Positions 1 to 9,344 of a DNA stretch of 64,000 bases are shown here, in pieces. The position numbers and the translations under genes were made by a program. The stretch spans positions 1,824,001-1,888,000 of the forward strand of contig OZ244048.1 in the NCBI GenBank assembly GCA_965215265.1, in the 5' to 3' direction. The notes below the pieces were generated by a model. That model saw only the letters and a list, made by a program, of their open reading frames with translations, did no database searches and was not told the DNA's origin. Numbering within the stretch: the stretch's first letter is position 1; every line of letters starts with the position of its first letter. Source of the stretch: Candidatus Poribacteria bacterium (GTDB taxonomy: Bacteria > Poribacteria > WGA-4E > WGA-3G).

Positions 1-2265
1 GCCAATGGGTTTGATGCAGAACCACTCTCTATGAATCAAAGCATAAACGGCTCTGACGAGATATACACAGGAATTCACAACGCATCAGCCTTTAACGGGC
101 TCCAGTCTACGAAAAAACAGAACACGAGTCTGCACCTCGCAAACGTCACAGCCGATTTTGACGGCGATGGCTTGCCTGAAATTGTCGGCAAACCTATACA
201 CGATGCACCACACCCACTACTTTCCCTCTATGAGCGGCTCCCCACCGGAACCTATCAACTCGTGCAGCACCTGTCAATTGTAGATAGCACCACACACCTC
301 AATCAACTTGACGCAGCCACGTTTACACCATGGGATGTATCCGACACAGATAACGACGGTTTGTTAGAGATACTTGCTAGCGACGACAACCGTACGTTTC
401 TGCTGGAACAAATTAAAGAACTAGAAACGTTCAAGATGCAAGAAATCTGGGAAACGCCGTTTCTTTCTGGGGGTATCATCACGGATTTAGATGGTGACGG
501 GTTGGCTGAAATTGTCGGGGCAGATAACAATAATGACCGGCTCCTCATATTTGAGAATCGAGGCAATAACCAGTACGAACAGACGGTTTCTCTCCACAAC
601 GAAACAGAGGGCTCCAATGTGTTTGGGCACCACTTTGCAATTGACGACTTTAATGCTGATGGAAAACTTGAGCTCGTTGCTGGGGATAGTGAAGGTGAAC
701 TTTTCATCTATACGGCATCTGCAAACGACAACGTCCACCTGCAGTGGCAGACACGACTCAAAATCACGGAGCTTACGCAGTTTGCAGCAGGCGACTTAAC
801 CGGCAACGGCAAACCAGAATTTGTCGTGGGCGGCACCCTCGTGCCAGAGTCTCTGCCAGCTGCCTTTCCCCTCTGGAAATTCATCGTATGGACGCATACA
901 GCTCACGGCTACGTGCCGCTCTGGGAGCACGCCATCGCACCCTATCGCCGCTCAGCAAACAGCGTCCGCATCGCAGATGTAGATGGCGACACACAAACAG
1001 AACTCATCCTCCTCGCGCACCCCAACCTTTATGTCATGAAATGGAACGGCACAACCTTTCAGCCACTCTGGCACCGGGAGGTATCAGAAACACCTGCCCT
1101 CTTCACAGCAGACCTGAATCAGAATGGCTTTGACGAGCTGTACCTCAATATTAATGATGCCTTACATCGCATTGAATCGACCTTCGCGCGCGATAAAGAC
1201 TCTCCCGCCCCCCTCACACCGTGGAACGTTTCTGCCACACCCTTAACAGCCAAAGCCGTACAAGTCACCTGGACAGTACCACCCTTAGAAAATGCCTCGG
1301 ATTGGCGTGTATATCGCGCACATGGGCAAAAAAGCACAGCGCCTCCAGACACCGAGTTTGAAACAGTTGCTCAGAACCTGACCGTTAACCGATTTTTGGA
1401 TAGGAGCGTCGCCACAGACACAACGTACTGGTATGCCATCACCGCAATCGATAGCACCGGTAGGGAAACCGCACGAACCGAGCCCGTTTATGCAACACCC
1501 CGCAAACCACCAAAACTCATCCGCGCCGTCTATGACACCCAGACTCTTAACCCCGAAATATACAAAAACATAAACGGCTCCCATCGCATTTATACAGGTA
1601 TAAACAAAACATCAGGCGTTAATGGTACTGAAATATACAAAAATATGAAAATCTGGGTAATTGTCACCTTTAACCGGCAGATGGGCGACTCAATTAGCGA
1701 CAGCAGCAAATACCTCCTCCGTCTACCGCAGCGGATTGAAGGCACGCGCCCGCTCTCTGTTATCCGAGACAGAATGGGAACACGCGCACGCCTAGCCTTT
1801 GATGCTGCCAACCTTTTCCGACTTCATTCTCAACCTAATATCGAAAATGCAATCACCGACCGGCACATAACCCATTCGATTTACGAAATCACAGTATCCA
1901 ACGTCCGCGATATTGACAACAACCTACTGCGAGCAGCCGCACAAACGCTACAGATCCCGTTCAACATCGCGAACCCAACCTTAACCGATTTCACACACGT
2001 TCGCGTTTATCCCAACCCCGTTTATCCAAACCTCTCTGACAGAGGTACCATTACATTTGATGGTGTACCCGTCGGAACACGCATTCAAATCTTCAACGTT
2101 AACGCGCACCTCTTAGAAGAAATGAACGTCACCGAAAGCGATAATCATCGCAAGCAGTGGCACCTCACCAGCAACCGTACTGCAGACATCGCAACCGGTA
2201 TCTATATCTATGTGCTTGAATTCAAGAATGAAAAAAAAATCGGAAAAATTGCCATTATAAAATAA
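1..2265 (+). CDS. Secreted FG-GAP/VCBS-repeat protein with FN3 domain and C-terminal FlgD/T9SS-like Ig domain (5' end outside window)
   Basis: Frame is open from base 1. Repeated DxDGDGxxEI motifs, FN3-like 'PWNVSA..VTW..YWYAITAID', C-terminal 'VYPNP...GIYIY...GKIAIIK'. Contains two in-frame repeat-derived segments. Confidence 0.8.
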   Translation, partial: ANGFDAEPLSMNQSINGSDEIYTGIHNASAFNGLQSTKKQNTSLHLANVTADFDGDGLPEIVGKPIHDAPHPLLSLYERLPTGTYQLVQHLSIVDSTTHLNQLDAATFTPWDVSDTDNDGLLEILASDDNRTFLLEQIKELETFKMQEIWETPFLSGGIITDLDGDGLAEIVGADNNNDRLLIFENRGNNQYEQTVSLHNETEGSNVFGHHFAIDDFNADGKLELVAGDSEGELFIYTASANDNVHLQWQTRLKITELTQFAAGDLTGNGKPEFVVGGTLVPESLPAAFPLWKFIVWTHTAHGYVPLWEHAIAPYRRSANSVRIADVDGDTQTELILLAHPNLYVMKWNGTTFQPLWHREVSETPALFTADLNQNGFDELYLNINDALHRIESTFARDKDSPAPLTPWNVSATPLTAKAVQVTWTVPPLENASDWRVYRAHGQKSTAPPDTEFETVAQNLTVNRFLDRSVATDTTYWYAITAIDSTGRETARTEPVYATPRKPPKLIRAVYDTQTLNPEIYKNINGSHRIYTGINKTSGVNGTEIYKNMKIWVIVTFNRQMGDSISDSSKYLLRLPQRIEGTRPLSVIRDRMGTRARLAFDAANLFRLHSQPNIENAITDRHITHSIYEITVSNVRDIDNNLLRAAAQTLQIPFNIANPTLTDFTHVRVYPNPVYPNLSDRGTITFDGVPVGTRIQIFNVNAHLLEEMNVTESDNHRKQWHLTSNRTADIATGIYIYVLEFKNEKKIGKIAIIK
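40..118 (+). repeat. Modular AAATCTCG-family repeat fragment read in frame inside the CDS
   Basis: cataaacggctctgacgagatatacac...gggctccagtctacgaaaaa matches intergenic copies such as 12261-12335 and 4030-4098. Confidence 0.75.
1555..1645 (+). repeat. Second in-frame modular repeat fragment (EIYKNINGSHRIYTGINKTSGVNGTEIYKN)
   Basis: gaaatatacaaaaacataaacggctc...ggtactgaaatatacaaaaa matches the arm termini of intergenic copies. Confidence 0.75.
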
Positions 2266-2266
2266 T

Positions 2267-2660
2267 ATTTTCGTCTATAGGAGCCTGTAACAAGGCTGCT
2301 GCAATGTTAAAACCTGTGAAAATCTCGCCAGAGCCGTCCGGTATTATGAATCTATACATCAGAAAACTCCGAGCTATAGATGGCAAGGATAAGGTTATCT
2401 TGTCTCAGTGGGTGGAAGCCTTTTACGGACTGCAGTATACAAAAAAAAGACTATACCTAAGCAGTCTCCGACGAGATTTTTAGTATACGGTAGCACAACA
2501 AAGACTGATTTTATGAACAACCTCGCACAAACCTCGTTCTTTCGTCTACAGGAGCCCGATGCCAGTTGCTGCAATGTTAACCCATTTACAAATCTCGCCA
2601 GAGATTTTCACAGTCATTGACACAACCTAAGGCGTTACAGGGCTGAAATATATGAAAAAT
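2267..2660. repeat. Modular repeat cluster (arms, core, hairpin-element fragment)
   Basis: Several ttcgtctacaggagccc...aaatctcg and cgagattt...tatac units. Confidence 0.9.
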
Positions 2661-3536
2661 GAATTTATTCTGATAGTAAACCCGATTTCTGGTGCCGGTA
2701 AAGCGAAAGCCGTAGCAGAACAAGCTTACGCGACACTCACCGCAGCAGGTCAGCACGGAAGTTTACACTTAACAACAGGACGCGGCCACGCAAAACACAT
2801 CGCAGAGGATGCAGTCCGAGCCGGCATAAAAACCGTAATCGCCTGCGGCGGAGATGGCACACTCCACGAAGTCGTTAACGGAATCGTCAACGTGCCCGAA
2901 ACCATATTAGGCATACTACCATGCGGACGCGGCAACGACTTCGCCGCCGCCATCGGTGTGCAACGCCAACCACAAGCCGCCATTCAAACACTCTTAACAG
3001 GCAAAACAATACGCGTAGATTACGGTAGAAGCCGCGCACACTGTTTCATCACCATTGCCACATGCGGTTATGATTCTGAAGTGAGCCGACGCGGCGCACA
3101 ACGCAAACCGCCATTTAAAGGAACTGCAGCCTATCTTACCGCCGCTATTGCCACACTCTTTGATTACGAGCACCCATACGCAAAAATTGAAGGCGATTTT
3201 GGATGCTATGAAGGCCATCTGCTCCTCGCAGCCACCGGAATTACAACCCGATATGGCGGCGGATTTCGCATCCTTCCTCAGGCATCTTACAATGACGGCG
3301 TTTTCGATGTCTGCATCATACGGCCCGTCCCAAAAATCACCATCCTTCGACTTTTGGTAACACTCTTCTGGGGAGGGCATATCTCACATCCAGCCGTAGA
3401 AATGCACCAGACCCGGACATTAAAAATTGAAACCGAACCTACCATGCACCTTTACGCCGACGGCGAACCATTGTCTACCACCCCCGCCATACTTGAAATC
3501 GTCCCACAAGGCCTCACCGTCCTCGCACCCCCCTAA
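2652..3536 (+). CDS. Diacylglycerol/lipid kinase family protein (YegS/BmrU-like)
   Basis: Motifs NPISG, GGDGTLHEVVNG, LPCGRGNDFA, YGGG, ADGE. Confidence 0.92.
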   Translation: MKNEFILIVNPISGAGKAKAVAEQAYATLTAAGQHGSLHLTTGRGHAKHIAEDAVRAGIKTVIACGGDGTLHEVVNGIVNVPETILGILPCGRGNDFAAAIGVQRQPQAAIQTLLTGKTIRVDYGRSRAHCFITIATCGYDSEVSRRGAQRKPPFKGTAAYLTAAIATLFDYEHPYAKIEGDFGCYEGHLLLAATGITTRYGGGFRILPQASYNDGVFDVCIIRPVPKITILRLLVTLFWGGHISHPAVEMHQTRTLKIETEPTMHLYADGEPLSTTPAILEIVPQGLTVLAPP

Positions 3537-3537
3537 C

Positions 3538-4110
3538 TTTTTTGTATATTTAAGCCCGATAACGCCTTATGTATTGTCAATGACTGTGTAAATCTCGTCG
3601 GAGATTCCTTAGGTTTTGATTTTAAAGACAATACCTAAGTCGGCTCAGACGAGTTTTATGTTTTTGTATATTTCAGCCCTATAATGCTCTATGTTATGTT
3701 AATTACCGTGTAAATCTCGTCGCCCGCCCACCCAAATCCTTTGATGTTATGAATGTATACATCGAACGGCTCTGGTTGGCAGGTTCGGTTGACGGGTCAG
3801 GTATTGCCTCAGGTCAATACCCAATGGGTGGCAGGTAAAAGATAGAGACATCGTATCCTTTAGGATACGATGTCTCTATCTATCCCTCAACCTATCTCTC
3901 AACCTTATCCTGCCAATCTATAGACGAGATTTATGCTAAGGTTAACATTGCAGCAGGCTCTATTGGGCTCCTGTAGACGAAAAACCTAAGGCGTTACGGG
4001 GGATCCAGTATACAAAAAATGAATCTAAACATAAACGGCTCTGGCGAGATGTACATCGGATTTAACAAAACAAACGCCTTGTTGCGGGCTGCACTATACT
4101 AAAAAACGGC
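3538..4110. repeat. Modular repeat cluster with nested hairpin elements and a near-perfect 40-bp palindrome (3841-3880)
   Basis: Arm/core units plus gatagagacatcgtatcct-tt-aggatacgatgtctctatc. Confidence 0.9.
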
Positions 4111-5821
4111 CGTAGCGTTCTATAATCACATTTCGTTTTAGTTTCAGCGTCGGAGTCACCTCATTCTTTTCCGGCGTGAACGCTTGTTCGAGGAGTGCGA
4201 ACCTTCGGACCTGTTCAAAATCCGCAAAATCTCTTAAGCGCCCCCGGAGCTCACCCTGAAAGAGCTGCTGCACCTCCCGCCCCGACATATCAGAGAGTTC
4301 AACCTCGTTTTCGGCACCCCATACCTTCAACGCATCAAAATTCGGGACAATCAACGCAGCCAAACTCTTCTCTTCACTCCCCATTACCATGACCTGGTCG
4401 ATATACGGACTTCGCGCCAGCTCGTTCTCTATCGGCTGCGGTGCCACATTCTTCCCATTGGAAAGCACAATAATATTCTTTTTCCGATCCGTAATTTTAA
4501 GAAACCCATCCGAGTCAATCATACCGATGTCCCCTGTATGAAACCAACCCTCCGCATCGATCACCTCCGCCGTTGCATCCGGATTGTTAAAATATCCCTT
4601 CATAACATGCGGACCGCGCGTCAGAATCTCGCCATCCTCAGCGATATGCACCTCGATACCAGGCACAGGCTGTCCAACAGTCCCGAATTTCCAATGCCCC
4701 GGATGGTTCAGGCTAATCACCGGTGATGTCTCTGTCAATCCGTATCCTTCGAGAATCAGAATCCCCGCAGCATGGAAAAATTCAGCAGTGGCTTGGGGTA
4801 ATGCCGCACCCCCAGAGATGAAAAATCGCAGCCTCCCTCCTGTCGCAGCCTTCAACTTTCCGAAAACGAGTTTGTCAGCAATCCCTCCTTTCAATCGCAA
4901 TAACGGAGAAGGATTCTTGCCATGTTGTATCGCGGTACTCACCGCCGTGCCGACACCAACGCCCCAATGAAAGATTTTCTGTTTGAGAGGTGAACCTGCC
5001 CGCACAGTCCGTAAAATTCGGTCGTGCATCGTTTCATAAAGACGCGGCACCGCCAACATCACCGTCGGCGAAACCTCCTTCATATTATTTGCCACAGTCG
5101 CGATACTTTCCGCATACGCCACCTTCGCACCGGAGAATAACGGCACATAATGCCCACCCAACCGCTCAAACACGTGTGATAGCGGGAGAAACGATAACAA
5201 TACATCCGATTCACGCACATCGACAAGCGATTTACATGCCTCCAAGTTTGAAATAAAATTGGCGTGTGTGAGCATCACGCCCTTCGGTTCGCCTGTTGTT
5301 CCGGACGTATAGATAATTGTTGCAGTGTCATCTTCATCCACCGTAGGACACGGTAGCTCTGCCTCCAATTCACAGACTGCTTCAAAACCTATAACGTTAG
5401 GCGGCAGCTCAACTTCCGCCGGATGGAAGCGGATTATCTTCTCAAGAACATCCGATTGAATCTCCAACGCCTTCTGCATCTGTCGCTCTGTAGAGACGCA
5501 GAGAATCTTTGAACCTGAATCTTTTAGAATATAACCGACTTGTGCCGCCGTCAACGTGGAAAATAGTGGGACGGTGATAGCACCTGCTGCAAGAATGCCA
5601 AAGTCGGCGATAGCCCATTCAGGACGATTCTCCGACAAAATCGCCACCCGATCGCCTTTCTGAATACCTAACGCGAGGAGCCCATTACGAAATGCAGTGA
5701 TGGATGTACCGAGTGCCGTGTACGAGATATCCTGATAGTTTTCCCCTTTAGGTTTGTATGCCAACGCAGCTTTTTCGCCGTATTGCTGAATTGAATGCTC
5801 TAATAGAGAGGTTAATGTCAT
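4094..5821 (-). CDS. Long-chain fatty acid--CoA ligase (AMP-binding, FadD15-like)
   Basis: Motifs YTSGTTGEPKG, EGYGLTE, GWFHTGDIG, TPTLKLKR. Confidence 0.93.
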   Translation of the reverse strand: MTLTSLLEHSIQQYGEKAALAYKPKGENYQDISYTALGTSITAFRNGLLALGIQKGDRVAILSENRPEWAIADFGILAAGAITVPLFSTLTAAQVGYILKDSGSKILCVSTERQMQKALEIQSDVLEKIIRFHPAEVELPPNVIGFEAVCELEAELPCPTVDEDDTATIIYTSGTTGEPKGVMLTHANFISNLEACKSLVDVRESDVLLSFLPLSHVFERLGGHYVPLFSGAKVAYAESIATVANNMKEVSPTVMLAVPRLYETMHDRILRTVRAGSPLKQKIFHWGVGVGTAVSTAIQHGKNPSPLLRLKGGIADKLVFGKLKAATGGRLRFFISGGAALPQATAEFFHAAGILILEGYGLTETSPVISLNHPGHWKFGTVGQPVPGIEVHIAEDGEILTRGPHVMKGYFNNPDATAEVIDAEGWFHTGDIGMIDSDGFLKITDRKKNIIVLSNGKNVAPQPIENELARSPYIDQVMVMGSEEKSLAALIVPNFDALKVWGAENEVELSDMSGREVQQLFQGELRGRLRDFADFEQVRRFALLEQAFTPEKNEVTPTLKLKRNVIIERYGRFLV

Positions 5822-5850
5822 AGCGTATTTCTCCTGCTTGATTTGTTTCT

Positions 5851-5879
5851 ATAGTAGCATATTGTCCAATGTAAGTCAA
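5851..5879 (-). promoter_or_regulatory. Sigma70-type promoter of the acyl-CoA ligase
   Basis: TTGACT-17 bp-TACTAT with extended TG, 30 bp upstream of ATG. Confidence 0.65.
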
Positions 5880-5884
5880 ATCTC

Positions 5885-6319
5885 GTGAATTTTGTTTCCC
5901 ACCGTCACTCCGGCCTGATAAGGGGCGGGCGGTTACCTCCGAAATAGAAGAAAGCTTAGGATTTTATCTCCTGTGGGTCTGTACCTTCGTCCCGACACGC
6001 CATCTCGCATCCCTCGCCTATCGGAGTGGATACGGCTTCGCAGAACATCTCTTTGCTTTTATGCTCATGCCACCGGTGATACTAGTGGGCACCCATGCCT
6101 CAGGGACCTACTCATCACAAAAACACCTTTGGCAGGCAAACTTCGTCCACACACCCGCACCATATCCCTTCGATGAACGCAGGCAAGTCTTGCAGACAAT
6201 AAGGATCTTTTTCTGGTTTCATATTAATAGGCTCTCTGGCAAAAGTCTCCGAAGGCTTCCAGTGTCAATCCAACAGCATGTTCTACAAAAGAGTCAAAGG
6301 GATTCCTGATTTCTTCATT
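5885..6319 (-). ncRNA. Possible structured non-coding RNA (unassigned)
   Basis: No credible ORF. TATAAT on - strand at 6326-6331. Several stems with G-U pairs on the - strand and an internal degenerate duplication. Confidence 0.3.
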
Positions 6320-6360
6320 TACGAAATTATAGAGAGAATCGGAAAATCACCGTTTTTTTA

Positions 6361-6390
6361 TTGCATCTGTCTTATATCCTGTGTTAAACT
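6361..6390 (+). promoter_or_regulatory. Sigma70-type promoter upstream of candidate large ncRNA
   Basis: TTGCAT-18 bp-TAAACT with extended TG, same architecture as the arc promoter. Confidence 0.6.
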
Positions 6391-6395
6391 AACGT

Positions 6396-6890
6396 GAGTT
6401 GTATCAAAGATAAGCGTGTTTGGTATAATCGGGTTAGAAAACTGAACCCAAAGGAGTTGTCCCTGAACATTATATCTCTTTTCTGAGTCCAAAACTCACT
6501 GAAGCGTGATTCGGCAAACGGTTTGCCGACAAAGCGGAAACTCTCTCAAGAGGGGTTTGATCCGTTATTGAAGGACGAGTTGCTGTGAGTGACATAGATT
6601 CGCAAGCACCTGAAAAACGCGTTCAGGTACGTTACTGAGAAACGCAGCCTAAAAAAATCGTGTAACTTGAGCATGTGAAAATGCCTTTAAAGAGTCTCTG
6701 TCTGTTGGAACGCAGGCGGCATCGGAATATAACAAACTTTTTGATGAACATCGCGGCTGCGTGGAGTGCGTCACCGTATCAAGAGAAGAAACCTTCTCTG
6801 AATATACGCCTCTCTCAGAAAATCCGAAATATGCCAGGGGACGCTTTCTAAATTTTTAAACCGAACTCATGTCAAACTAATACAAGTTGC
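6396..6890 (+). ncRNA. Candidate large structured ncRNA (~500 nt, possibly extending to ~7045)
   Basis: Nested long-range helices 6399/6885, 6418/6877, 6429/6864, 6459/6842, 6479/6822 enclose at least 8 hairpins and a probable pseudoknot. No ORF of 60 aa or more. Confidence 0.65.
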
Positions 6891-7055
6891 GACAAGCGCC
6901 CTAGTTTTCGTATTTTTGTAAACGCATTGCAATCTGTGCCGTATAAGTTTTTTAAATTGCAGAGTGGCGTTGATGTCAATTGCCTTACATCAAGGCTATT
7001 GTGTTGCAAATCGGGTGCTGTTGTGCTCTAGAAAAACCCGAAATAAAATAATCAT

Positions 7056-7085
7056 TTGCAAAAATTGTCTAAACTGTGGTAAACT
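7056..7085 (+). promoter_or_regulatory. Sigma70-type promoter of the proteasome operon
   Basis: TTGCAA-18 bp-TAAACT with extended TG. GAGGAG RBS at 7113-7118. Confidence 0.6.
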
Positions 7086-7127
7086 CTATGTTAAAGTCAT
7101 TCCGTTCTGCCTGAGGAGACGTTCCTA

Positions 7128-8969
7128 ATGTACGGGAAAAAAAATCCAAAAGCTTCTGGCGTGAATCGCCAGAAGCCGGACCTGATTTTAGATGATGACG
7201 AAGAGCTGGAAGAATTGGATGAGGAGCTTTTTGAGCCCGCGGGAGACGCTCCGAGTTCTGGATATTCGTTGCAATTAATTCACCATATCCTGACAGAGAC
7301 ACCGGACGCAGACCGTCGTCACCGTTGGCTTCTTGAGCTCCGTCGTTCCATTCTCAGAGATGAAGGCGAATTTCAGGAGCGGGTGCACGCCATCCAGGAG
7401 GAGGCACTCCGCATACACGCGGAGATGGAAGAGCAGATAGAACAACTGACCGCCCCTGCGAACCGCATCGGCACGCTGCTCGGTTTGCCCAAAGAAGATA
7501 TCGCACGCGTGATTGTCGGAGGCTCCGAATACTACGCAAACGTTGCACCTGAACTCAGCAAGAATGTACTGAAAAAAGGCATCAGCGTGCTGTTGAACGA
7601 TGCATTTGTTGTTGTCGGTGAATTGGGATATAACGATTCGGGACCGATTGCGAAAATTGTAGAGGTGATGGGGGATGGCCGCCTTCGCGTTGGCCAAGAA
7701 CCGAACGTTCAAGGTATTCTCTTGGAACGTTCCGCCGACTTAGTTGATGTACCGCTGAAGGCAGGGGATGAAGTTCGTATAGACGCACACTACCGTGTTG
7801 CACTGGAACATATCGCTGCGAAGGAATCAGATGCCTATGCACTGGAAGCGGTGCCGGACATACCGTGGTCAAAGGTTGGTGGTCTTGATGAAACGATTCA
7901 GTTGATTAAAGATACGATTGAACTCCCCATCCTACATCCAGAGTTATTCGAAAAGTTTCAGTATAGCGCACCGAAAGGGTTCCTTCTACACGGTCCGCCA
8001 GGGTGTGGCAAGACGCTCATTGGTAAAGCCACGGCACATAATTTGACAGCACGGCTCCGGGCGGAAACGGGTAGCGATGTTGAGGGATGCTTTCTTCACA
8101 TCAAGGGCCCTGAGATTCTCAACATGTGGTTGGGTGAATCGGAGCGAAAAGTACGCGAAATCTTTCAGATTGCGCGCGAAAAGCGCCAAGATGGCAAGTT
8201 GGCGTTTGTGTTTATTGATGAGGCCGAATCCATCTTAGGTACCCGGCGTGCATTGCGTTCGCACAGCATCTCAAATACGCTCGTTCCGATGTTCTGCGCC
8301 GAGATGGACGGTATTGAATCATTACAAGATGTTGTCCTTATCCTTGCAACGAACCGGCCAGACTTGATAGATCCGGCGATACTACGCCCAGGCCGGATCG
8401 ACAGGAAAATTAAGGTGACGCGTCCGAACGAGGTTGCCGCAAAAGAGATCTTCCGGATTTATCTGACACCGGAACTACCGCTTGCGCCTGAATTGCTACA
8501 CGCTGAAGAAGAGGATGCTGCAGAGAGCAGCTCCGACGAAGGTGACCAGTCCCAAAGGAAGCGGATAGAAGCATGTATAACTGAGTTAATTACACACGTC
8601 GTTGAAGAGATGTTCCATGAAGATGAGAATAACCGGTTTTTGGAAGTCTCGCTCCGTAGTGGCCGGCGCGATATCCTATACCGGGGCCATCTTTGCAGCG
8701 GCGCAATCATCGAGTCTATTGTGCAGCGCGCCAAAGAATATGCACTGAAGCGCGCAATCCGCGAGCCGGAGCGTGAGACAGGCATCTCACGGGCAGATTT
8801 GCTTGAGGCACTCAGTGCCGAATATAGTGAAAGTGAGATTTTTCCACCGACTGAGGCAACTGAAGACTGGCTTAAGTTGCTGGATTATGACCCGGCCAAC
8901 GTCGTTAAGGTAACACCGATTAAACCTGAAAAGCAGGAACGGCGCAAAGTCTCTACACGCGTAATTTAA
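7128..8969 (+). CDS. arc: Proteasome-associated AAA+ ATPase (ARC/Mpa)
   Basis: N-terminal coiled coil and OB region, GPPGCGKT, KGPEILNMW, FIDE, DPAILRPGRIDRKI. First gene of the Pup-like operon. Confidence 0.95.
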   Translation: MYGKKNPKASGVNRQKPDLILDDDEELEELDEELFEPAGDAPSSGYSLQLIHHILTETPDADRRHRWLLELRRSILRDEGEFQERVHAIQEEALRIHAEMEEQIEQLTAPANRIGTLLGLPKEDIARVIVGGSEYYANVAPELSKNVLKKGISVLLNDAFVVVGELGYNDSGPIAKIVEVMGDGRLRVGQEPNVQGILLERSADLVDVPLKAGDEVRIDAHYRVALEHIAAKESDAYALEAVPDIPWSKVGGLDETIQLIKDTIELPILHPELFEKFQYSAPKGFLLHGPPGCGKTLIGKATAHNLTARLRAETGSDVEGCFLHIKGPEILNMWLGESERKVREIFQIAREKRQDGKLAFVFIDEAESILGTRRALRSHSISNTLVPMFCAEMDGIESLQDVVLILATNRPDLIDPAILRPGRIDRKIKVTRPNEVAAKEIFRIYLTPELPLAPELLHAEEEDAAESSSDEGDQSQRKRIEACITELITHVVEEMFHEDENNRFLEVSLRSGRRDILYRGHLCSGAIIESIVQRAKEYALKRAIREPERETGISRADLLEALSAEYSESEIFPPTEATEDWLKLLDYDPANVVKVTPIKPEKQERRKVSTRVI

Positions 8970-8971
8970 AA

Positions 8972-9335
8972 AATTTGTCTACTGCAGCACAATACCAATT
9001 GCTGCAATGTAAACCTTAGCACAAATCTCGTTCTTTTGTATAGTGCAGCACCACAACACCGATGGCTGTAATGAATACCCTCGCACAAATCTCGCTTTTT
9101 CGTCTACAGGCACCCGTAACAAGGCTGCTGCTTTTGATAAGTCCTTTACAAATCTCGTCTGAGCCTCCTGATGTTATGATTTTAAAGGCTATACCTAGAG
9201 CGGCTCCGACGAGATTTACACACGAGCCATCAAAAGCATAAGCGGTGATGGTACGGAGATATACGAAAAAACGAGATTTACACACGACTCATCAAAAGCA
9301 TAAGCGTTGATGGTACCAAGATATACAAAAACAAG
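8972..9335. repeat. Most complete modular repeat: arm-D, arm-A, core, arm-C, arm-C'
   Basis: AAATCTCG at ~62-bp spacing pointing inward from both sides of the core (9150-9217). Confidence 0.92.
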
Positions 9336-9344
9336 AAAACAAAA

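Noticed and set aside
2408-2620. Short ORFs over repeat clusters (also 9016-9285, 15914-16153, 25111-25336)
   Set aside because: These are translations of the repeats, without RBS or protein-family features.
5905-5975. Hammerhead-like CTGATAA...GAAA...ATC
   Set aside because: The core deviates from CUGANGA and stem I cannot form convincingly.
6396-6890. tmRNA, RNase P, SRP or self-splicing intron identity
   Set aside because: No tRNA-like ends or tag ORF, no GAGGAAAGUCC, no SRP GGAA loop motif, and no group II domain V seen.
8972-9335. CRISPR array interpretation of the ~60-bp periodic repeats
   Set aside because: The interiors are homologous to each other rather than unique spacers, units face both directions, constant parts are only ~8-9 bp, and no cas genes are present.
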